Counted from the whole stretch's first letter, positions 1 to 11,942 are shown. The stretch is DNA of 63,614 bases, filler included, from Octopus bimaculoides (GCF_001194135.2; 4 parts of 3 records of this genome joined end to end with filler, not necessarily neighbours in it), one strand, 5' to 3'. Numbers and translations are program-made. Notes: generated by a model not told the origin, from the sequence alone.

Positions 1-200
1 AGAAGACGCTTGCACAAGGCACGGCGACGCAGTGAGACTGAACCCGGAACCGTGTGGCTGGGAAGCAAGCATCTTTCCAGACTGTCAATTACAAAGCTCA
101 CTTAGTACGTAGGAATGTCTAGATGTCATTCGTCAAATTAATTATAATTTCACAAACAACTTCGAAGAATGGTAGAATTTTTATCAATTACCTTTTGTAG

Positions 201-314
201 ATACAAACCCCTGCAAACCCGAACCTTGTGAGAATGGTGGCAGATGTTTCAGGAGAGGCACCGAATTTGTTTGCATATGTCCAACTGGATATGAAGGGAA
301 AATTTGTTCAGATG
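201..314 (+). CDS. EGF exon 1 (114 nt): [38 protein letters not shown]
   Basis: ttttgtag acceptor, gtacgt donor, six-Cys EGF spacing. Confidence 0.92.
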
Positions 315-2313
315 GTACGTATAATTATAGTTCAACATGTTTTAATTTCCGGTATATTCTTGAAATCTATAATTTCAAATTCCTGAACTCTGTCATTGAT
401 CAGGACCCGGCTGTAGTCTTTCCAACTGAGTTCCTGAACTCTCTACAGCCATCTTAACATTTAGAAAGGAGGCCCCAATCATGCCAGCTCAGGAATCTGG
501 ATCCACCTCGTCTGTGCAATGGCACCAGATTGGTGATGAAAGTGACGCGATTCCATGTCCTAGAGGCAACAATTATGACTTGAAACTATTAGGATGAGGA
601 TGTCTTCATTCCATGGATCCCGTTAATCCCATATGACCTCGCAGTGAAACTAAGTTTCGCTATGTCATTAAACAAACCTCAAGGACAATCTCTCAAGGTT
701 GTTGGACTTCACCTTGCTTCTCTCACGGGCAATTATATGTAGGATTTTCGCGAGTTGGAAGTCCCCAAAATCTTTTCATTTATACGCCAATTAAATTACA
801 CACTCAAAACATCGTATATTTAGGAACTCTAGATAATTAAACTGTGATTGATTTCCCGTATTGTTTCAATACGTTTATTTATGCTCACATCATCTGATAG
901 AATTTTTGTTAAATATACTTATTAACAGGAGGGGAGCGCCCACAGGCCGATTCTTCTCAAATTTATGCATTTTCAGGTTCAACGTGTTTCAAATAAGTAC
1001 TGACAATTGAAGGTGCTTGCAAAGACAAAGAACTACCTGGTTTTTAAATAATTTTAACAGTGAGAACAATCGCATAAAACATGCTATTGACATTAATAAT
1101 TTGTACCTCAGCTAATTACTGTTGGGAGCTACATAATCCATAGAGATATAAAAGGCATACTTGAATTTCCATTATTTTCAATAACTTGGGAAGCGCCGGG
1201 TTATTTATGTATAAAGTTGGTATCTAAGCTACTCGGAGGTAAGACCAGTGTAGTCTATGTTTCATGTTAGAGATCTAATATGCACTTTTAAATTTCATTA
1301 TTTTCTTTAACCCAAGCAACGCCGGGTATTTCTATTGTCCTTGCACAGGGGCCATCCGGACTCCCGTTTGCGCCCTGAACAAGGATTAATCTTGTCTTCG
1401 CTCCTTTGCGCCACATGGGCTCAAGTCTCCTCCTCTTGCCCCTCCCTCCTCTTGCCTCTCCCTCCCCTTGCCTCTCCCTCCCCTTGCCTCTCTCACCCCT
1501 TGCCTCTCCCTCCCCTCCCCCCTACTTCCTCCCACCCACCACTCTTCTCCTGCTNNNNNNNNNNNNNNNNNNNNNNNNNNNNNNNNNNNNNNNNNNNNNN
1601 NNNNNNNNNNNNNNNNNNNNNNNNNNNNNNNNNNNNNNNNNNNNNNNNNNNNNNNNNNNNNNNNNNNNNNNNNNNNNNNNNNNNNNNNNNNNNNNNNNNN
1701 NNNNNNNNNNNNNNNNNNNNNNNNNNNNNNNNNNNNNNNNNNNNNNNNNNNNNNNNNNNNNNNNNNNNNNNNNNNNNNNNNNNNNNNNNNNNNNNNNNNN
1801 NNNNNNNNNNNNNNNNNNNNNNNNNNNNNNNNNNNNNNNNNNNNNNNNNNNNNNNNNNNNNNNNNNNNNNNNNNNNNNNNNNNNNNNNNNNNNNNNNNNN
1901 NNNNNNNNNNNNNNNNNNNNNNNNNNNNNNNNNNNNNNNNNNNNNNNNNNNNNNNNNNNNNNNNNNNNNNNNNNNNNNNNNNNNNNNNNNNNNNNNNNNN
2001 NNNNNNNNNNNNNNNNNNNNNNNNNNNNNNNNNNNNNNNNNNNNNNNNNNNNNNNNNNNNNNNNNNNNNNNNNNNNNNNNNNNNNNNNNNNNNNNNNNNN
2101 NNNNNNNNNNNNNNNNNNNNNNNNNNNNNNNNNNNNNNNNNNNNNNNNNNNNNNNNNNNNNNNNNNNNNNNNNNNNNNNNNNNNNNNNNNNNNNNNNNNN
2201 NNNNNNNNNNNNNNNNNNNNNNNNNNNNNNNNNNNNNNNNNNNNNNNNNNNNNNNNNNNNNNNNNNNNNNNNNNNNNNNNNNNNNNNNNNNNNNNNNNNN
2301 NNNNNNNNNNNNN

Positions 2314-2345
<32 letters not shown>

Positions 2346-4526
2346 TATTATTTTCTTGCCAGAAATTGACTATTGCAAAGACAATCCTTGCGAAAACGGT
2401 GGAGTATGTTACAAGGAAGGATCGAGCTTTGTATGTTGGTGCCAGAACGGATTTCAAGGCAAAACATGTAGCCATCGTGTGTATACTTAACTTATTCTTA
2501 AACTTATTTTCTATTTTATGCCAGAATTCATTTATTATGAGGCTGTTAGAGATAGTTATATTATATAATGACTCTGATATAAATATTCTGTGTAATTTAT
2601 TTAAAAGAGCCATCCATGTATCATACATAATGTGTTTACACTCTGCCGATAGTTCAGTTCCTGCAATATTTGTCCTGAGATCAGATCTCTTATGGATTTA
2701 CTGTTTTAAAATAGAATAAATATCAAAGAGAGAGGAAAATCCGTGCGCTAAATATATTTTGACCTTTTGAGTCGTTTTCAATGTCCCGTACTCGCAACTA
2801 GTCTCAAGATTCGTGGAGAGTATATCGTCTGTGGTATAACAAAAAAGAATAAATCATTCATTGATTAAATATCCGATATGCGCAATTGAGGTAGTATAGA
2901 AATTAAATAGGCATCTATATATCATATTCAACTACATGTAGTAACTTGCCTACACTACAGTACATGTTCGGCGATAACAACTTTTACACTTGCTGTACTT
3001 AAAATAAAATAAATATCAGGAATAGCCGAAAATTCCTCCCAAGCGAGAGCGCCAGATGCATTTCGACATTTTGAAGTATTTTCAATGGCATGTACACACA
3101 GAAAGCCACAAGAATAAGGGACCAAAACATTCACTGATTTTGCGAACGGCCGCACAGCTGACTAAAATTCCGATATACGCAACTGAAGCAGGATTTAATT
3201 ACAATACCCATTTATGTATAACATGTTTCATTGAAAATCCCCCGAAAAGCGAAAATGCATCTGTCACTCTCGCTTTGTCTCAGTATTTGTCTTAGCAGAA
3301 ATACAGCAGTAACTGATTTTTGATAGCGTTTATACATTAACTATGATATATAGATGGCTGTTTTAAACAGATGCTGTTTCTGTTGCTTATACAGGTAATA
3401 TATTTCATTTTAGATTCAAAATATCATATTTGTTATTAGTTTTAACTTTTAACCGATATTTAGCAAAATATAACCTTGGATATTAAAATTATATTTTGGC
3501 GTTATATTTTTTCTAGAAATTAACCCCTGCAACAGCAATCCTTGTGAAAATTCTGGAAAATGTTTCAGCAACGGACCAGACTATATTTGTCTTTGTCCAC
3601 CTGGATATGAAGGCAAAGAATGTTCAGAAGGTATGACCATGCTCAAGTATTATGTTTTCAATAATGATATAAACCATACGCGAGCATGTATGCGTACGTT
3701 CTTAAATTGCTTTTCTTTATTTTTCATATTTGCAAAGAATATATAAACCTACACAAATACATAGAATCACATAAACAATACATACATACATACATACATA
3801 CATACATACGTAACAACAAGTGAATCGTTGGCAATTCTTTTCCCTCCGTCGTCCTTTTCTATTGGACTTTCCTCTGTCTCCCATGTTTCTGAAGAAGAGC
3901 TTTGCTCGAAACGTAAAACCACCTTTCTTTCTTTCCCTGAGTGTCTGCTAATACTTTACATACACCACGTTCTTGCGTTGCTTTTTTTTTTTGTGTGTTT
4001 GTTCTTAGTTTTTTTTTGGGGGGGGGGATTTACTACATACATACAAACACACATACATACATGTGTGTGTGTGTGTACCTTTGTATATGTGTGTCTATAT
4101 GTATGTATTTATGTTGATATATAAATATATGTGTGTACGTGGCTGCGGTTGGGGTGTTAAATATTCTTTTTTACTATTTTTTCATCGGACACGATAAGTA
4201 TCGATATATTTGTTGCATTAAGTGATTTTTATTAAATATTACCGGTTTCGGTAAGATATTAATAATTGAAAGTCAAACATTAGGAATAGAAATTAAAAAG
4301 TAGAAATTCAGATTTTTAGTACTAGATAAGAAGGACATATACATGGAGACAAGTAATATTTAATAAAAGTCAATATAACAATTGTGAAAATACTTATCCT
4401 ATCAGAAAAAGAAAAAGAATGTTTTAAAAAATTTTTAAGCATACTTCTGTACTGTTTCGACTTTTACCTTTTACATATAACTTTTGATTTGTATGGATTC
4501 TTAACACCTTTTAAACTCTGTGTGTG

Positions 4527-4594
<68 letters not shown>

Positions 4595-7500
4595 NNNNNN
4601 NNNNNNNNNNNNNNNNNNNNNNNNNNNNNNNNNNNNNNNNNNNNNNNNNNNNNNNNNNNNNNNNNNNNNNNNNNNNNNNNNNNNNNNNNNNNNNNNNNNN
4701 NNNNNNNNNNNNNNNNNNNNNNNNNNNNNNNNNNNNNNNNNNNNNNNNNNNNNNNNNNNNNNNNNNNNNNNNNNNNNNNNNNNNNNNNNNNNNNNNNNNN
4801 NNNNNNNNNNNNNNNNNNNNNNNNNNNNNNNNNNNNNNNNNNNNNNNNNNNNNNNNNNNNNNNNNNNNNNNNNNNNNNNNNNNNNNNNNNNNNNNNNNNN
4901 NNNNNNNNNNNNNNNNNNNNNNNNNNNNNNNNNNNNNNNNNNNNNNNNNNNNNNNNNNNNNNNNNNNNNNNNNNNNNNNNNNNNNNNNNNNNNNNNNNNN
5001 NNNNNNNNNNNNNNNNNNNNNNNNNNNNNNNNNNNNNNNNNNNNNNNNNNNNNNNNNNNNNNNNNNNNNNNNNNNNNNNNNNNNNNNNNNNNNNNNNNNN
5101 NNNNNNNNNNNNNNNNNNNNNNNNNNNNNNNNNNNNNNNNNNNNNNNNNNNNNNNNNNNNNNNNNNNNNNNNNNNNNNNNNNNNNNNNNNNNNNNNNNNN
5201 NNNNNNNNNNNNNNNNNNNNNNNNNNNNNNNNNNNNNNNNNGGTGTAGAAAACAAATAGATGTATTAGTATAACGCTCGGGAATTGAAAAAGTCTTTAAT
5301 GTTTCGAGCCTACGCTCTTCCACAGAATATATATATGTTTTTGAGTATATTTGTATTTGGGTTCCTTTGTTTTATTTTTATCTTTATTTTGTCTGTTTGT
5401 TTTGGGTTTGTTTTGTTTTTTCGGTACGAAAAGAATTAATTAATTAAACAAATACCGCGTGTTACTTCATTTTTATCTTTATTTTTGTACACTTTACAGA
5501 AAAAAATCCATGCAAAAGCAACCCATGTAAAAACGGAGGAAATTGTTCACATGATCACAGCACATATAATTGCACATGTCAAGATGGATTTGAAGGTCGT
5601 GATTGTTCAAAAGGTTGGTTTACAATATTGGCATCATTTGATTAAGCACAACCCAAAATATTTTCGAGTCGTGAGGGGCGATAATACCATGTTTGTGTAT
5701 TTCCCATTGTAAATCTTTTGAATCGAGGAACAGAAAAGAACTGTGGTACTTTTAGCGTTTCAGCGATAGGTAGTTCTATTTAAACCCCAGTTTGTTTTTC
5801 TTGAGGTTGGCTAACCGGTTTCCAAGTCGCGTAACTGACCGGGAGCACAACCTATCCCTGATGGAACACTGGTCTGTTGCAAGGTTCAAGACTGGTAAAT
5901 TTTTAAGGAGAAGGGGCAAGCCAATTACATACACCCCAGTATTTAACTGGTACTTATTTTATCGACGTCGAAGAGATGAACTTTAAAGCAGAAGAAAATT
6001 CAGGTAGGCATTTTGTCCGACGCGCTAACGATTCTACCATTACATCCACCTTCTCCATCACAGCTTACGTAATATTATGTATACGTGTGTATGTGTATAT
6101 ATGTTTTTGTTTTTGTGTGTGTGTGCGTATGTGTGATTGAATTTATGTAATTACATGCTTATAATTTACGTTTTTCTATATTTACGAAAGTTGATCCATG
6201 TGCAAGCAGTCCTTGCAAAAACGGTGGAACGTGCTTCAAAAATGGTGAAAACTACCTTTGCGCATGCACAGAGGATTATGAAGGAGAAAACTGCACTTCA
6301 GGTGAGTAAAATACGAAACAAATAAGAAAATAGTATGTGTTTTATCATCCCTGGTGGGGATGAAAGGCAAAGTTGAAACCAAAAGGGTTTGAATTCATAC
6401 TGCAAAAAGTTGCANNNNNNNNNNTTCTATATTTACGAAAGTTGATCCATGTGCAAGCAGTCCTTGCAAAAACGGTGGAACGTGCTTCAAAAATGGTGAA
6501 AACTACCTTTGCGCATGCACAGAGGATTATGAAGGAGAAAACTGCACTTCAGGTGAGTAAAATACGAAACAAATAAGAAAATAGTATGTGTTTTATCATC
6601 CCTGGTGGGGATGAAAGGCAAAGTTGAAACCAAAAGGGTTTGAATTCATACTGCAAAAAGTTGCAAGAAATATATATATATATATATATATATATTGAGC
6701 TTTATTTAATGACCAGTTGATCTAGCAAGTGGGTCTTCATATCAGTGATGGGTGGTCGGTGCGCATTGATGCTGTCGAGAGGTAGGCTCAGAAACAGTGA
6801 GCATTCTCTCCTGATGACCCCATACACTTGGTGGCTCCCGGTATGCGGAGTTCTCGACTGGTAGCACTTGCATGTGCAAGCTGTTTGCAAGACATATATA
6901 TATGACGGGCTTCCAGTATCATCCCGCTATCTCCACCTGTGGCAGAATGTGTACTAACATGTGATAGTTACCTCCATAGTATTAGTCTATATTATTGGAC
7001 ATACCTCACCCTTGTTTCATCAGCCACACTCTTCTGTCCTGGCTTAGAGCATGCTGGTAGACGGTGTTTATTTTGGAGTTTTCCTTCTCTTAGATTAATT
7101 AACGTTACTGCTGCTAAGGTGTTCCATCTGCCCTTACGAAATTCTATTTATCCCATAGATGGAACCATGACAGGTACGCCCGTTTCGGGTCAGAACGGAT
7201 TTGGGTGTAATAACAATTTAGTGGTGACTCCACACTCCCTACAACACTCGAAATAGTGCCTCAACGCTGGTTACAGATTTATGGCACACCCGGGACTAAC
7301 TTTTACAATATACTTTATTGCAATGATAAATACATGATGTAATACCCATGTAGAAATTTTTTAAAAAACTCATTCGCTAGAAACCTATGAGATTTCCCTC
7401 ACGTAATTATTATTTTTTTTTTCCGTTTTTCTTCAAATAATTTAGTGGCTGATAAATGCCGAAGCAGTCCGTGTCTAAATGGAGGCACATGCATAACTGG

Positions 7501-8513
7501 ATATAAAAACTTTACTTGCATCTGTAAAAATGGTTTTAAAGGTGAAAACTGTTCATTTGGTAAGTATCATATATCTTTTCAAATTTTTATAAAAGAACGA
7601 TAAAAAATATATCTTTAGTGGAACAATAAAACATTACGGTATAAAATAAATTCAGACGTCGAAATCAATTTTCATCATTTTTATCTTCGTTTCAGCGGTT
7701 AGAGCGACAGGTTCACAGTTGTGAGGTTGTATGTTTGATTCCCAGACCGGGCTGTGGTGTGTTCTTGAATAAGACACTTTATTTAACGTTGCTCCAGTTC
7801 ACTCATCTGTAGAAATGAGTTGCGATGTCGTTGGTGTCAGGCTGTATCAACCTTTGCCTTTCCCTTGGATAACCTCGGTGGCGCGGAGAGGGGAAGCTGG
7901 TATGCACGAACTGCTGGTCTTCCATACACAACCTTGCCCGTTTTGTTCCTAGAACAGGAAATTTCTAGGTGCAATCCTATAGACATTCATGACCGAAGGA
8001 TGTCTCTAATGGCCTTCAGTATTTACATAAAATGCAGTGATTACATTTGAGAATCGAAGCTATCTTACAAACGCGGATTGTCATCCTAGACTTCTGTTTT
8101 GCCTTTTTCACACTCAGCATAATTTCATTAGAATATTCACCTTCTTTGACTCTCTGGTTTTGTGTCTCTGTTTTCATGCTATATACATAAGAAAGAAGTC
8201 CATATTATGCATATATCTTTACGAACAAACTATAAATTCATAAACATATCGCAAAATATTCTTGATTCAGATATTCTCGGATATCAAACACTTGCTTATG
8301 AATATTATTTTTTAATGTTCTCCCTTTCACTTCACTTTTAAGAAATGTATTGCACTTGAGAACTGTGAACTAATTCANNNNNNNNNNNNNNNNNNNNNNN
8401 NNNNNNNNNNNNNNNNNNNNNNNNNNNNNNNNNNNNNNNNNNNNNNNNNNNNNNNNNNNNNNNNNNNNNNNNNNNNNNNNNNNNNNNNTATATATACATA
8501 TATATATATATAT

Positions 8514-8584
<71 letters not shown>

Positions 8585-11500
8585 TATCTACATAATTCTT
8601 TTCTTTTCAGTGTGTGAAAACATGGACTTAATGTTTGTATTAGATGACTCAGGAAGTGTCAAAAAAGAAAACTTCAACTTGATGAAACAGTTTGTGAAAA
8701 GTGTTGCATCATCATACGCAATCAGCAATGATGGAGTTCGTGTTGGTGCGATTAAATTCGCTAAATATGTTCATAATGAATTTGATTTAGACAAATACGG
8801 CGATATAAATGGTGTAAATAAAGGAATTGACGGAATTTCTTACAGTGATGGTTCATCAACCCGTACGCATAAAGCTTTAAAGTACTTGAGGACAGATTCT
8901 TTCACAGACAAGTCCGGTGACAGAAAACATGTTCCGAACGTGGCTGTTCTTATCAGTGATGGTAAATCGTCTGATGGAAAGGAAACAATAAAGGAAGCAG
9001 AGAAGTTAAAGAGTATGGGAGTTGAAGTCTATACTATTGGTGTCGGCAATGCTGACGAAAAAGAACTCAAGCAGATCGCCAGCAGCCCGATTTCGAGTCA
9101 TCATTTCTCTGTAAAATCGTTTGAAGATTTAGACCAGCTCAAAGATATATTACAGCAAGAGACATGTAAAGGTAATTATTATTATTGTTATAATTCGACG
9201 TTCTTATATAATAATTGTCAAGCATGGCTATGTGGATAAGCTTTTGTGGCTAAGAGACGTGCTTCGTAACCATACGGTTTTCGAAGGTTTTGGAAGGTTG
9301 CGTGTGTATGTGTGTGTGTTTATATTTGTGCGTATATGTGTGTGCTAGTGTTTACGCGGATCTTTGTGCTTCCTTCTCATGACATCGCATGATAATTGTA
9401 AACAAGTGTCATCGTCATAGAAGCGATGTCCGTCGTTTACCATCTTCCGCGAAAACACGTCCAGCTATAAGGTTAAAGTACTCCGCTTCGAAGCAAGTAA
9501 CGGGTGGTCACAAGAGAGGAATCCAAATGAAAAAAAGAAATGGATTGCGTGTGTATGTTTGAAAATATATAAAATATATTTTTAAGTAATTATACTTCCA
9601 TCTTTGTCTATAATATAGCCGTCCATCATTGTCAATCACATACAGATGTATACATACTCACGTACATAGACATACACGCGTGCATACACACACATACATA
9701 GGCATACACATATACATACACACACATACATAGACATACACACGTACATACACACACAAGTACATATTCTGAGTGTGTGTCTCTCTTTTATATACAGATA
9801 TACAAACGTAATACATGCATTCATGTACGACGGGGTGATCAAAAGTTCTTTTCTTTGGGCAGGAGACAATTCAGGAGGATCAGTTAATTATGACTTTATT
9901 TAACATATTCCCTCTCAGATTCACGCATTCCTGGCTCTGGATAAAATAAAATACAGGTGGATCAGTTAATTATGATTTTATTCAACATATCTCCCTCTCA
10001 GATTCACACACTTATTGCAGTGGTCTTTTAGCTTTTTTAAGCCCTGTAAAGATCTCGAAACATTGGGACTCCAACCAATCCTTTCGCGACACCCTTAAAG
10101 CCGGGAAATTTTTATCTCTCTCTCGTGTATCCAAATAAACAACATTGCCTCTATACAGTCTTCCCGCATTTCTACTAAGTTACGTCTCCCAGTCTGTCAA
10201 CAAATTACAAATACATCGTAAGACGATTCGAATAACACATGTTCCCTAAATGTGCTCTAAAATGATTGAATCATACATTTAAATGAAATCCTTACACTTA
10301 TTTTCTGTTAATGATATCAACCAGACCGTGATTTTTGTCTAAGTAGTCCTTGCAAAAACGGAGGAACGTGTTCCAGTAATAGCACCGGTTTCACATGCTC
10401 TTGTACAGAACAGTATGAAGGAAATGATTGCACCATAGATAAATATTCCTTAGAAGGTGAGTAATACTCTTTTTCTAAGTACACGAAATGCCAAATACAC
10501 ACACACGTACGCGCGCACACACACGCATACATACATACATACATACATACATACATACATACATACATGCGTTGAATTATTTAGAATCTGCAGTTACTCT
10601 ATCCAGATTACAAGTTGAGGTTTATACTTGTAATTATTGAGGTCCTGGGATACGAGAAAGCTAATTCGAAGACTAATCCATCACTGGAACAATAAAAATC
10701 TGTAAAACTTGCCAGAAGTTTATTATTTAAATATAGATATGAGCATGTCTAGATATGCAACTATATCTCTCCGCAAAAACTATTTCCCAGGATTTTTCAT
10801 CTGTTATGAACACTTCAGACAATTATAGCAACTATATATACTTTTGGAGCATTGGAATATGCTGGCGTGCTTCATGGGGGTAACCCTACTCACAGAACTA
10901 AGTGTTAAAGCCGGATTATTAATATTATTAATATTACTGCGTGGTATTCTAAAAGCACTTTCAATTTCGTGGTTGGAATTGATTAGCCGAGAAATGTCAA
11001 ATATAGGTTGAGTTATTCCCCTTGACGAGCACCCAACTCCCCATTAATATCGACATTGCCGCAGAGAATACCAATAAATAAATAATAGAAAAACTGTATT
11101 TCCAATCTTTTGTTTTGATATATATGTGTGTGCGTGTGTGTGTGTGTGTGTACTGGTGTATATATATATATACATGCATATATTACACGCAGGCACACAA
11201 AGACGCACACACATGCATAGGCGCTCACAAACATACGCATACATACAGACACACATATATGTTATATAGTCATGTGTGTGTGTGTGTGTGTGCATTATTC
11301 AGCGAATAACATTTTAATCTTGATAATGTTGAATGATATAATTGCTTCTAATAATTCCCTTTTTGCCTCTCGTTCTTTCAGCATGTGGAAAAGCCGATAT
11401 AGCATTTGCTTTAGATTATTCTAAAAGTGTCGGTTCAAGTCATTTCAAGACTGCTAAATCTTTCGTTAAGAATATCACATCGTCTTTTAATATCGGTGCT

Positions 11501-11942
11501 GACGGTGTTCGTACTGGAGCCATATCTTTCGGCAAATACGTTTCTGAGAACTTTAAATTAAATGCGTATACTACGTTAGATGAGGTTCAAGCAGCAGTTG
11601 ATAAAATTAGCTATCGTGGAACGTATCCAACATATACATACAAAGCTTTGAGCGCCCTAAGACAATCAATGTTTAGCACTAAATACGGCAATAGACCAGG
11701 TGTTCCCGACATTGCTATAATAATCACAGATGGAATTATAAGGGAAAAGTCCAAAGCATTTGAAGAAGCCGAGCGACTACGAAATGCGGGCGTCACCGTT
11801 TATACGATTGGCGTCGGAGATGTTAAACGGGATGAACTTGAAGAAATCGCCAGTCGTCCAAGTTCCGATCATACATTTATAGTGAAAGATTTCGATCATC
11901 TAAACGATATCAAGAAAACAATGCTTGAAAGAATATGTGAAA
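201..11942 (+). CDS. Partial multi-exon gene for an EGF-repeat/vWA-domain extracellular protein (matrilin/collagen-VI-like vWA with Notch-type EGFs); architecture EGFx6-vWA-EGF-vWA; 5' and 3' ends not in this block
   Basis: Nine exons bounded by AG/GT, all phase 1-1, open in one frame when spliced: 201-314, 2363-2476, 3517-3630, 5500-5613, 6191-6301, 7446-7559, 8611-9171, 10325-10456, 11382-11942. More exons could be hidden in N gaps. Confidence 0.9.
380..1335 (+). mobile_element. Decayed Helitron 3' fragment (Pif1-like helicase C-terminus plus probable terminal hairpin)
   Basis: Frameshifted translation gives [54 protein letters not shown]; aacccaagcaacgccgggtatttc near 1310-1332 resembles a Helitron end. 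Confidence 0.85.
2363..2476 (+). CDS. EGF exon 2 (114 nt): [38 protein letters not shown]
   Basis: ttttcttgccag acceptor, gtgtgt donor (weak), EGF motif, length matches sibling exons. Confidence 0.9.
3517..3630 (+). CDS. EGF exon 3 (114 nt): [38 protein letters not shown]
   Basis: tttttctag acceptor, gtatga donor, EGF motif. Confidence 0.92.
3885..3919 (+). ncRNA. Minimal type-I hammerhead ribozyme motif (Penelope pLTR type)
   Basis: gttt-CTGAAGA-a-gagc-ttt-gctc-GAAAC-GTA-aaac: 4-bp stem I, 4-bp stem II, palindromic ACGT stem III, GUA cleavage triplet. Confidence 0.65.
5500..5613 (+). CDS. EGF exon 4 (114 nt): [38 protein letters not shown]
   Basis: actttacag acceptor, gttggt donor, EGF motif. 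Confidence 0.92.
6191..6301 (+). CDS. EGF exon 5 (111 nt): [37 protein letters not shown]
   Basis: gtgagt donor; acceptor is tttacgaaag (AAG), 3 nt downstream of the position expected for a 114-nt exon. Confidence 0.85.
6442..6552 (+). other. Identical second copy of EGF exon 5, probable assembly overlap artefact
   Basis: 6174-6414 is repeated exactly as 6425-6665 on either side of a 10-N gap. Confidence 0.75.
7446..7559 (+). CDS. EGF exon 6 (114 nt): [38 protein letters not shown]
   Basis: tttag acceptor, gtaagt donor, EGF motif. Confidence 0.92.
7690..8035 (+). mobile_element. tRNA-derived SINE with CORE-like central domain; minus-strand sibling at about 44510-44850
   Basis: gtttgattcccagaccggg B-box-like head; gtgttcttgaataagacactttatttaacgttgctccagttcactca core; reverse complement of the same sequence at 44.5-44.85 kb. 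Confidence 0.75.
8611..9171 (+). CDS. vWA domain exon 1 (561 nt, 187 codons)
   Basis: ttcttttcag acceptor, gtaatt donor; [12 protein letters not shown] (MIDAS DxSxS), [20 protein letters not shown]; Cys at both ends. Confidence 0.95.
9826..10112. mobile_element. Tc1/mariner-derived MITE relic; sibling at about 39223-39385
   Basis: Starts tacga(c/g)gg...aaaagttc; shared internal gatcagttaattatgattttattcaacatattcccctctcagattca in both places. Confidence 0.6.
10325..10456 (+). CDS. EGF exon 7 (132 nt): [44 protein letters not shown]
   Basis: ccag acceptor, gtgagt donor, EGF motif plus a 6-residue extension. Confidence 0.9.
11382..11942 (+). CDS. vWA domain exon 2 (561 nt, 187 codons)
   Basis: ttctttcag acceptor, gtgagt donor; [12 protein letters not shown] (MIDAS), IIITDG, YTIGVG; terminal Cys. 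Confidence 0.95.

Noticed and set aside
8343-8377. Possible exon start (ttcacttttaag|AAATGTATTGC..) before a gap
   Set aside because: The phase-1 frame used by this gene hits TGA at once, and there is no EGF or vWA motif.
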